Source of the DNA: Methanomassiliicoccales archaeon
GTDB taxonomy: Archaea > Thermoplasmatota > Thermoplasmata > Methanomassiliicoccales > JACIVX01
Direction of reading: 5' to 3'
Assembly (NCBI GenBank): GCA_038850735.1
Contig: JAWCLO010000007.1
Location: 31,447 to 95,446 of the forward strand
DNA length: 64,000 nucleotides
Each line of letters opens with the position of its first letter. The stretch's first letter is position 1. A program made the translations under genes and the position numbers. The notes under the pieces were generated by a model, which was given only the letters and a program-made list of their open reading frames with translations, was not told the DNA's origin and ran no database searches. Positions 19,319 through 27,601 of this stretch are shown here, piece by piece.

Positions 19319-19819
19319 ATGAGCATATTATCTGATGAGGACATTTTAGAATTAATATCCTGTGAAAAATTAAAGATTGAGAATTTCTCAGTAGAAAGCT
19401 TGACGCCAAATGGTTATGATCTCAGAATTTCAGAAATCAATATTCCGACGAAATCTCAAATGGACTATGAGCGGCAATTTATTGTACCACAAGGCACGAT
19501 GTTCTATGTGTCTACTCTCGAAGCGGTGCATCTTCCCAACGACATATGTGCCCAACTATGGTTAAGAACGACTTGGATTAGAAAAGGTATTATTGCTGCT
19601 TTTGGAAAAGTTGATGCGGGGTTCCACGGAACTTTAACTTTTACATGCTTCAATGCGTCATCGAATTCGATCGAGATTCCGCAAGGATCGAGGTTTGCAC
19701 AAATTGTGTTCGAGAGAATGACGAAGCCAGCAATGATGAGTTACGAAAGAAGAAGTGGACACTATCAGGGACAAAGAGGGATAACACTACAACCAGTCAA
19801 GAAGCCGGATGTCCAGTGA
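19319..19819 (+). CDS. dcd: dCTP deaminase / dUTPase-family protein
   Basis: 'LTPNGYDLRI', 'VDAGFHGTLTF' and 'RFAQIVF...Y..RSGHYQGQRG'. At 166 aa it is short, so deaminase versus dUTPase cannot be decided by eye. Confidence 0.75.
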   Translation: MSILSDEDILELISCEKLKIENFSVESLTPNGYDLRISEINIPTKSQMDYERQFIVPQGTMFYVSTLEAVHLPNDICAQLWLRTTWIRKGIIAAFGKVDAGFHGTLTFTCFNASSNSIEIPQGSRFAQIVFERMTKPAMMSYERRSGHYQGQRGITLQPVKKPDVQ

Positions 19820-20818
19820 AAAGACACTCATGGAAGGGGAATAGGTTTTTAATTCCTCGCAGCGAAGAATCTCGGTTCGATATCCGTCATGATGGCATTT
19901 ATTAAGTATCGCCTCAGCGGTCTTATTGTTCTCAATTCGTTCAGCAATGAAATAAGTATGAAGTGTTCCCATGAGTTCAAGTTTCGATAATGCGTCTGAT
20001 ATGAATTCCATTGCAGAATGAGGGAGATTCATGACAATCCTATCAGCCATAGGAAGATCTCTGATGGCTTTTCTTGCATCTTCACAGATAGGCACAACTT
20101 TACTGATGGCGTTAAGAGCAACATTTTTCATAAGGTAATGGATTGCATCTGGATTGATATCGATTGCATATAACGTCCTTGGTTTCGCAAACTTTCCAAT
20201 CGCTATAGAATAGGGACCCACCCCAGCAAACATATCAATGACGATCTCTTTTGGATTTGTAAGTGTCGCAATTCTTTTCCTTTCGGTCGCAAGTCTGGGA
20301 TTGAAATACGCCTTACGCAGATCGAGCATGAACCTCAGTCCATACTCGGTATGAACTGTCTCGGTCCGTTCTTCTCCGGCGATGATCTCGAGATCCATTA
20401 TCCTCATACCGCCCTTAATGCCTCTGTCAAGAACAACAGACTTAACGTTTGGGTGTGCTCTCATCATCGCCTCGCCAATTTCCGTTCTGTACCTCAGTAG
20501 TTCGCTGGGGAGCTTTATGACCGCAATATCACCAATGATATCAAACGATCTTGGAAGAAGTGATATCAAGGATTCATGGAATGTAAGATACTTCCTATAA
20601 TCACCTTTTCTTCCTTCCCTTTCATCAAAATCGAATCTGTCGATTCTGTCTCTCAGATCCACTGGGATTTTGTCGAGTTTCTCGGGAGTGAGAGGAAAAA
20701 TTACCATGTCCCCCACCCTCACAACTCTTAGAGTTCTGTCCAACACACCAAATCGTAAAAGCTTTTTACGGATACACTCCGCTTCACTAGTATGAACACG
20801 AATACACCATGAAAGCAC
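19787..20818 (-). CDS. trm5: tRNA (guanine37-N1)-methyltransferase, Trm5/Taw22 family
   Basis: Met-10+ type SAM-MTase with 'DMFAGVGPYSIAI' and 'VMNLPHSA'. Its 3' end overlaps the dcd 3' end. Confidence 0.8.
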   Translation of the reverse strand: MLSWCIRVHTSEAECIRKKLLRFGVLDRTLRVVRVGDMVIFPLTPEKLDKIPVDLRDRIDRFDFDEREGRKGDYRKYLTFHESLISLLPRSFDIIGDIAVIKLPSELLRYRTEIGEAMMRAHPNVKSVVLDRGIKGGMRIMDLEIIAGEERTETVHTEYGLRFMLDLRKAYFNPRLATERKRIATLTNPKEIVIDMFAGVGPYSIAIGKFAKPRTLYAIDINPDAIHYLMKNVALNAISKVVPICEDARKAIRDLPMADRIVMNLPHSAMEFISDALSKLELMGTLHTYFIAERIENNKTAEAILNKCHHDGYRTEILRCEELKTYSPSMSVFSLDIRLLDWL

Positions 20819-20827
20819 GGTGATTTA

Positions 20828-21631
20828 ATGGGAGAATTGATATTTGTTGGTTTAGGATTGGCCGATCTAGACGGCCTCACTCTCCGAGCGGTTGAGGCTA
20901 TTAGGAATGCTGATTTGGCAATAGCTGAATTCTACACATCAAAAGTAATCGATTTGGATATCACTCAGTTTTCTAAAATGGTAGGTAAGAATATTTCTAT
21001 AGTTTCACGCGAAGAAGTCGAATCTGGCGATGAAATCATAGAGCTTGCAAAGAAGCGAAGCGTATGCTTCTTGACAGCAGGAGATCCTATGGCCGCAACA
21101 ACTCACGTCGATCTTAGACTTCGTGCTGTCGAAAAGGGTATTTCCACGAAGATTATCCACGGCGTTTCCATACATACGGCATGCGCTTCAGCGCTTGGAC
21201 TACAACACTACAAATTTGGACGCACTGTATCATTGCCGTTCAGAGAAAGAAATTACAGTCCTTCGAGTCCGTATGAGCACATTTTGGAAAATAGAAAACT
21301 AGGATTACACACTTTAATCCTGCTTGATATCAAGGAAGAAGAAAATAAATACATGACCGCAGCAGAAGGGGTATGGTGGCTGATCGACGCGGAGAAAAAA
21401 ATCGGCAAAGGATTGATCAATGATAAGACTCTCATTTGCGCCTTAGCCAGAATCGGCTCCCGAAGCGAGAAAATTCTTGCTTCATACCCTCAGATCATAG
21501 TTCAAGAAGACATGGGCCCACCGCTGCATACTCTTGTACTACCTGGAAAACTTCACTTCATGGAGGCTCGTGCGCTTATTGCCTTTGCTGATGCTCCAAA
21601 GGAGATTCTTAATGATTTACAAATGATGTGA
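20828..21631 (+). CDS. dph5: diphthine synthase
   Basis: 'LIFVGLGL', 'TAGDPMAATTH' and a tetrapyrrole-methylase fold length (267 aa). It is archaeal/eukaryotic-specific. Confidence 0.88.
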   Translation: MGELIFVGLGLADLDGLTLRAVEAIRNADLAIAEFYTSKVIDLDITQFSKMVGKNISIVSREEVESGDEIIELAKKRSVCFLTAGDPMAATTHVDLRLRAVEKGISTKIIHGVSIHTACASALGLQHYKFGRTVSLPFRERNYSPSSPYEHILENRKLGLHTLILLDIKEEENKYMTAAEGVWWLIDAEKKIGKGLINDKTLICALARIGSRSEKILASYPQIIVQEDMGPPLHTLVLPGKLHFMEARALIAFADAPKEILNDLQMM

Positions 21632-21665
21632 AAATGAAGTAGGAAAATTAGTGAGCTAAATAGAA

Positions 21666-22598
21666 TTAAGGGGGATATTTAGAACTGCCGAGCAGGACTG
21701 TGACTCTCAAAGCATCATCGAGATTCTTGTCATCATGGTAATAAAATTTTACCTCCGCTCGCGAAAAAATTCTTTTGGTTTCTTCAAGGATTGTGTTTAC
21801 TGCGAGGTTATCAAAAATCTTCGCTGAAATGATCAGGAGTGCAACATCGACAGAATCGTACAAGTATTTTCCCCAAGGATTTTTGAGAATCAGATATAAA
21901 TCGTCCAACATTTTAACTGGCGAGATCTTTCCTGAACACATGACCGCATACTTCGAGGATGAAAACATGTTTCTGATATCACAAAGATCGCGTACAGTAG
22001 TGGATGCTACTAAATCCAATAATGGCATCATCATCGCTTCATTGATATACTCTAGAGCATCATGCAACGACATGTATGGTACAACCCTCAGTAATCGGTC
22101 GTTTTCATAGATTATTATGAGATCCGCCGTTTGACTAGCACTGACGAGGCCTTTCATAGCAAGTTGATGACGGTCTTTGCCTTCGACTGAAAAGGGAAAG
22201 GCCAAGGCCATTATAATAAGATCTGAAAATTTCTTGCACAATGAGCTGACTACTGGAGCAACAATCGTTCCCGTTTCGCCTCCTAAACCTGCACAAATAT
22301 AGATTATGTTGCTTTCCCCCAACATATCGGAAATCGCGGATTTCAATTCATAATGCAAACCTGGAACCACTCTCAAGTCAGAACTCTTTAAGATTTCAAG
22401 GTCATTTTTGCTGATTTTAATACATTTTCTGCACGCAATGGGCCTCAAATGATCATTCATTGTGCAGATTGCTATGCTCTCCAGTGGAGCATTATGAATT
22501 ACATTGCATCCTGCCCCACCTATACCGATGATCTTAGCGATCGGACGTTTAAATGTATAGGAATCTGGATCGATGGGCAGAGACATACGAGCCGTCAA
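21666..22598 (-). CDS. divergent FtsZ/tubulin-superfamily GTPase paralog (short, no C-terminal tail)
   Basis: 'IIGIGGAGCNVI' (FtsZ G-box), 'AGLGGETGTIVAPVV' (T4 loop with Gly to Glu), 'IIIYENDRLL', and a T7-like 'VRDLCDIRNMF' that keeps both Asp. Confidence 0.65.
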   Translation of the reverse strand: MTARMSLPIDPDSYTFKRPIAKIIGIGGAGCNVIHNAPLESIAICTMNDHLRPIACRKCIKISKNDLEILKSSDLRVVPGLHYELKSAISDMLGESNIIYICAGLGGETGTIVAPVVSSLCKKFSDLIIMALAFPFSVEGKDRHQLAMKGLVSASQTADLIIIYENDRLLRVVPYMSLHDALEYINEAMMMPLLDLVASTTVRDLCDIRNMFSSSKYAVMCSGKISPVKMLDDLYLILKNPWGKYLYDSVDVALLIISAKIFDNLAVNTILEETKRIFSRAEVKFYYHDDKNLDDALRVTVLLGSSKYPP

Positions 22599-22724
22599 CC
22601 CGGGAGAGTGATGTCATCTTTACACATGAAGATTTCCAAGAGAGAGATTAACAATCCATCAAACGCGATCTTCGAGCTTTACGGACATATTTTTAAATAC
22701 CATGTATTTCCAAAATGACGCTAC

Positions 22725-22940
22725 ATGGTATACCAACAAAATGATAAAAACACTGAAGCTAGACCCTTCGGTTGCTTTTTCGATGTTTACGGTTTCGATG
22801 AGAAATTCCTACCGAGCCTAAATTGTAATAACTGTCCGATAAGTGGAATGATGTGTGAATACAAAGTGTACGTAAACGCAGCGAGACTCGCAAGCATCGT
22901 CTCAACGCTCAAGAAAATTGAGATTATTTCTGATCCGTAA
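22725..22940 (+). CDS. hypothetical small Cys-containing protein (71 aa)
   Basis: Only an ORF co-oriented with herA, with five Cys including 'CNNCP'. I recognise no family, and coding status is uncertain. Confidence 0.25.
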   Translation: MVYQQNDKNTEARPFGCFFDVYGFDEKFLPSLNCNNCPISGMMCEYKVYVNAARLASIVSTLKKIEIISDP

Positions 22941-23019
22941 CTTTCTTAAACACATTAGAAAATCTTTCTTATTAGGTGGGTATTAGCATTATCGGCGTTT
23001 CTCAAATCATCTTCACATC

Positions 23020-24606
23020 ATGGAAAATCGGCTGGAAGGTGGAGAGTCCGTGACACATATCGGTAGAATTGTGGGCACTAGAGTTATGGAAATTAGATTT
23101 CGAACGAGATCTAGTGAGAATCTGCAGGTCGGTGAATTGCTGGTAGTCGATGAGGAGAACAATGGAATAAGATATTTCATTAGAGTTACAGACATTGAGT
23201 ATGGCGCTGATGCCGATAGAGACGACTGGCTCATAAGAGAAGCTGGAGGAATGCTCAGGAGAGACTTTTCAGGTGAAATCCAGAATTTTGACGAATTACA
23301 GAATCGACTTTACAGAATTGGTGTCTGCATGCCATTGGGATACTTCTCAGAGAATTCGTTCAAAAAGACAAAATCGATACCCTCGCATTTTTCAAAAGTA
23401 AGACGAGCAAACGAGGCAGATTACGGATTTTTGCGTAGGTTTTTGGGAGATATAGAGGTTGGAAAACTAAGATCCGGTGATAAAGTACTTGACTTCCCAG
23501 TAGGGATTTCTGGTCTTGCATTTCCCCATCATATTGGTATTTTTGCAACAACTGGCATGGGTAAAAGTAATTTGATGAAGGATCTCGCGCTTTCCTGCAT
23601 GAAGCTTCGCCGATATGGTTTCCTTATTTTCGATCCACACGGAGAATATTACGATGGTGGCGAAGTCGGAAAAAAGGGTCTTAAACATGCGAACATGCAG
23701 GACGCTCTTGAAGTATTCAGCTGTCGCCAACTAGATGGACCGCATTCAACGCTTCGATTATCTGCTAGGGAAATTGAGATCTCAGATCTTCAGAATTTGT
23801 ACGAATTTAGTCAAGCTCAGATAGAGTGTCTGCAAGCTGCACAATTTGTCTACGGAGAAAACTGGCTTCAAGAACTCAATACTAGGGATGTCGAAAGGAT
23901 ATGCCGGGATATGGAAAACAAATTCCATGAAGGAACGATTAGCGTTATCAAAAGACGGCTTGAGAGTATTTTCAGATTTAACCTGATAACCTCTGATCCA
24001 AAGCTCTCGATTACAAAACACATCATCGAATGTCTTCACAATGCTAAGGTTGTTTTGGTTGATACTTCGAACCTTTATGAGGCAGAAGAGTTGTTAGTGT
24101 CAACTGTTATCTCAAGAGCAGTTTTTGAAAGACATAAATTATTATATGGAAACAAAGAGGAGTTTGAACGGATTCCGCCCATTTTAATCGCTATGGAGGA
24201 AGCACAAAGAGTCCTTTCTCAGGCGAGGGGGTCAATATTTGCGCAGATCGCAAGAGAGGGGAGGAAGTTTAAGGTTGGGTTATGCGCGATATCTCAACAG
24301 CCAAAACTCATCGATCCTGAAATTATCAGCCAGTTCAATACATTATTTATACTAGGTCTTGCTGATAAGAGGGATCGAGAAATACTCAGGAGCTCCGCAA
24401 AGCAGGACATTTCGCAAGTTGAGAACGAAATACAGATGCTCATGCCTGGTGAAGCAATTATCGCCTCGCCCTTCACACCCTTTGCAATTCCTGTCAAAAT
24501 ACATCTCTATGAGGATTTCATAAGTCAGTCTACACACAATGAAGCGGGCACGAAATCAAACAAAGAGAATATGGCGAAAGAGCATTTTGAATTCAGATTC
24601 TACTAA
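23020..24606 (+). CDS. herA: HerA-type hexameric DNA translocase/helicase (DUF87 ATPase with HAS barrel)
   Basis: N-terminal HAS-barrel-like beta region. Walker A 'GIFATTGMGKSN', Walker B 'ILIAMEEAQRV' and 'REGRKFKVGLCAISQQP...NTLFILGL'. Confidence 0.85.
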   Translation: MENRLEGGESVTHIGRIVGTRVMEIRFRTRSSENLQVGELLVVDEENNGIRYFIRVTDIEYGADADRDDWLIREAGGMLRRDFSGEIQNFDELQNRLYRIGVCMPLGYFSENSFKKTKSIPSHFSKVRRANEADYGFLRRFLGDIEVGKLRSGDKVLDFPVGISGLAFPHHIGIFATTGMGKSNLMKDLALSCMKLRRYGFLIFDPHGEYYDGGEVGKKGLKHANMQDALEVFSCRQLDGPHSTLRLSAREIEISDLQNLYEFSQAQIECLQAAQFVYGENWLQELNTRDVERICRDMENKFHEGTISVIKRRLESIFRFNLITSDPKLSITKHIIECLHNAKVVLVDTSNLYEAEELLVSTVISRAVFERHKLLYGNKEEFERIPPILIAMEEAQRVLSQARGSIFAQIAREGRKFKVGLCAISQQPKLIDPEIISQFNTLFILGLADKRDREILRSSAKQDISQVENEIQMLMPGEAIIASPFTPFAIPVKIHLYEDFISQSTHNEAGTKSNKENMAKEHFEFRFY

Positions 24607-24639
24607 TCTGATAAAAAGAAGAAGATCCCAAGGTGGTAA

Positions 24640-26421
24640 ATGACATCTGAAAGTGCGCTACTCTCTGATATCGCGCTGGTACTGATAGTAGCCGGAACGT
24701 GCGCTGTCTTATTCTCAAAACTTAAGCTACCAGCAGTAATTGGCTATTTGGTCGCTGGTATACTACTTGGGCCGCATACTCCCTCAATCGGAGTTGTGCA
24801 AAATGTCGAATCCGTCAATCTGATGGCGAGCCTTGGTGTTATTCTGTTGATGTTCTCGATTGGTCTAGATTTCAGCCTTAAAAAACTTCGCAAGATTGGT
24901 CTTTTTTCCGTTATCGCCGGTTCAATTGAAATCCTCATTATGATGTCGCTTGGATACACCCTCGGAAATTTCCTTGGCTGGTCACATTCAGAGGCAATAT
25001 TTCTAGGTGCGGTAATGTCGATTAGTAGCACCGCCATTATCATTAAAGTTCTTTCTGATCTAGGTAAGCTGGAGGATGGTTCGACTGAGGCGGTAATAGG
25101 GATACTTATTGTCGAAGATTTTGTGGCGGTCATGATACTGACACTGGCGGCTCCTACTACGAGTGGCCAGCATGTGAATGTAGAAGCTATTATGACAATG
25201 ATTTTGAGCATCATCATCTTTGCTCTTGTCGGCATCATTCTTGGAGCGGCAACAATTCCAAGGATTATCGATTGGATTGCTAAGAAACATTCTGATGAGA
25301 CTTTGCTTCTCGTGTCGCTAGGCATGTGCTTTGCAATGTCGCTCATTTCAATAGTTATCGGATTGAGCGTTGCAATCGGTGCATTTCTCATGGGGGCAAT
25401 AATATCGCAATCTGACTATGTAGAAAGAGTCATTTTGAAAATAACACCTATAAAAGAAATGTTTGTCGCAATTTTCTTCGTCTCAATTGGCATGCTCATC
25501 GTCCCTGCCTACCTCGTAGAGAATTTGCTAGTTGCAATATTTATTGCAACGATCTTCATGATTGGGAAAGCGATAAGCGTAAGCTTTGCAAGCTACGTTG
25601 CAAATCTAGACATTCGCACATCTTTTCATGCTGGGTTAAACATGATTGTGATGGGAGAATTCTCATTTATCATTGCCAAGATGGCGGTTGATACCGGTGC
25701 CGCAGGTGAATTCTTCTACTCAACAGTTATCAGCATAGCGCTCATAACAGCACTTGTGTACCCTCTTAGCGTAGCGAAGTCGGATACGATTGTTGATATC
25801 TTTGAGAAGCGCACACCAAGATCTGTCAAAGCGGCGTTGAGCCTCATTGAAAGATTGCGCGCTGCCATGAGGGAAAAAATTGCTTCCTCTAACGATCTCA
25901 GAAAGAGTATCATGAAAGACATCAAATGGATTTTCATAGATATGACCATTATATTCGTCGTCACAGCAGCCGCAAATTATCTGTACAACTACACTGGTTT
26001 GATGCACGACCTGTCGGGCGTATCACCATTTCTCCCGTTGCTGCTGGTGAGCAGTATAACTGTCATTCTTCTTATTCCTCCTATTTACAGCATAGTAAGG
26101 CGCATCAGGGCAATCGTTGGGGTTGCTGTACATATCGTTTTGGAAACTGGAAGCTACAACAGTATAGGAAAGAAGATGATCGAGAAAGTTTTCATGAATT
26201 TATTCACGATCTTCATCGTCATAGTCTCATTTGTATACCTACTTTCCATCGTCCCAATTCCGCCAAATATGCCATACATTTCACCTCTCGTAGTGATTTT
26301 TGTTGGTATCGGTGTTGCCCTCGTTTTCAGAAGTACATTGAAGTCCGTTCATCAGAAAATGTCAGTTTTGCTTTCAAAAGGTATAATGGATGAAAGAGAG
26401 GATTCCAGAAGAATAAAATAG
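24640..26421 (+). CDS. cation:proton antiporter (CPA2/Kef-like) with extra C-terminal membrane domain
   Basis: 'LPAVIGYLVAGILLGP' and about 13 or more hydrophobic segments. No RCK/TrkA domain is recognisable. Confidence 0.8.
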   Translation: MTSESALLSDIALVLIVAGTCAVLFSKLKLPAVIGYLVAGILLGPHTPSIGVVQNVESVNLMASLGVILLMFSIGLDFSLKKLRKIGLFSVIAGSIEILIMMSLGYTLGNFLGWSHSEAIFLGAVMSISSTAIIIKVLSDLGKLEDGSTEAVIGILIVEDFVAVMILTLAAPTTSGQHVNVEAIMTMILSIIIFALVGIILGAATIPRIIDWIAKKHSDETLLLVSLGMCFAMSLISIVIGLSVAIGAFLMGAIISQSDYVERVILKITPIKEMFVAIFFVSIGMLIVPAYLVENLLVAIFIATIFMIGKAISVSFASYVANLDIRTSFHAGLNMIVMGEFSFIIAKMAVDTGAAGEFFYSTVISIALITALVYPLSVAKSDTIVDIFEKRTPRSVKAALSLIERLRAAMREKIASSNDLRKSIMKDIKWIFIDMTIIFVVTAAANYLYNYTGLMHDLSGVSPFLPLLLVSSITVILLIPPIYSIVRRIRAIVGVAVHIVLETGSYNSIGKKMIEKVFMNLFTIFIVIVSFVYLLSIVPIPPNMPYISPLVVIFVGIGVALVFRSTLKSVHQKMSVLLSKGIMDEREDSRRIK

Positions 26422-26479
26422 GAAAAGCCGCTTTTTCAATCTGGTATACGGGAAAAAATGCTGTGGAGGTTGAATCAAA

Positions 26480-27601
26480 GTGAAAATCGCACATATCTCA
26501 GACACTCATCTCGGTTACACAGCTTATTCAAAGGTGGACGAGGAAACTAGCCTCAACCAAAGAGAGATCGATGTTTTCAATGCATTTAGGCGCGTTATAG
26601 ATGAAATCCTCAAAATAAAACCCGATCTTGTTCTCCATTCAGGTGATTTGTTCGATTCTGTTCGGCCAACAAACAGAGCGCTTTCTTTTGCAATTGAACA
26701 GATGCTACGCGTTACTGAGCAGGGAATTCCTATTATTGTTATTGCTGGGAATCATTCAACCCCACGGCTTCAGGAAACTGGAAGCGTTTTCAGAATATTT
26801 GAACACATAAAGGGAATCGTGCCTGTTTATAAGGGGTCTTACGAGAAAGTTCAGATTGGCGACGTCGCCATTCATGCAATTCCTCACTGCGAAAATGATC
26901 TCATGAGAAGAAATATTGAAAAGATAGAATTGGACAAGGGTGCAAAATACAACATAATGATGATGCATGTGGGCGTGATAGGATTAGGAGTTTTTCGTAT
27001 GGATGAATTCAATGAGACGGTCATCCAGTCCTCATATCTGAAGAGAGAATTTGACTACATAGCACTTGGTCATTACCATGGCTTTTGTGAGGTCATAAAC
27101 AATGCATTCTATGCAGGTTCAACGGAAAGGCTATCATTCGCAGAGGCAAATCAGAGGAAAGGATTCATTGTTTTGGATCTTGGCGAATGCAAGAGAAAAT
27201 TCATAGAGATTCCAACGAGGGAAATGATTGACCTACCAGTCATCGACGCAATGCGGATGGATTCGATTACACTAAAAGAGGAGATCGAAAGAATTGTCGA
27301 GTCGCAACCGATAGAAGGAAAGATAGTCAGATTGAAGATCAAGAACTTGCGTAGTTCACTTTACAAAGCTTTGGACTTTGGCTGGATTAGAGAAATGACC
27401 AGATCTGCCCTCGTTTTCGATTTGAAATATGATCTCATCCAGGAGAATGTAGCGGTGCAGCAACCAACCGCTGTTGTCCGTTCTCTCCACGAAGAATTCA
27501 TTTCGTTCTTAGAACGGTATCCATTGGAGGGTGTTAGCAAGGAGTCAATTAAGGAGTTAGGACTTGGCTATCTCCATAGGGGGATGGAACAATCAGATTG
27601 A
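26480..27601 (+). CDS. mre11: DNA double-strand-break repair nuclease Mre11
   Basis: Calcineurin-like phosphoesterase motifs 'IAHISDTHLG', 'HSGDLFD', 'AGNHS' and 'LGHYH'. GTG start lies 9 nt after GGAGGT. Confidence 0.9.
   Translation: MKIAHISDTHLGYTAYSKVDEETSLNQREIDVFNAFRRVIDEILKIKPDLVLHSGDLFDSVRPTNRALSFAIEQMLRVTEQGIPIIVIAGNHSTPRLQETGSVFRIFEHIKGIVPVYKGSYEKVQIGDVAIHAIPHCENDLMRRNIEKIELDKGAKYNIMMMHVGVIGLGVFRMDEFNETVIQSSYLKREFDYIALGHYHGFCEVINNAFYAGSTERLSFAEANQRKGFIVLDLGECKRKFIEIPTREMIDLPVIDAMRMDSITLKEEIERIVESQPIEGKIVRLKIKNLRSSLYKALDFGWIREMTRSALVFDLKYDLIQENVAVQQPTAVVRSLHEEFISFLERYPLEGVSKESIKELGLGYLHRGMEQSD

Noticed and set aside
24744-25391. 215-aa minus-strand ORF (and 25926..26393 plus-strand alternative-frame ORF) within the antiporter gene
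   Set aside because: These are shadow ORFs of a long hydrophobic-protein gene. They have low-complexity Ile/Ser/Arg/Pro-rich translations and no independent start signals.
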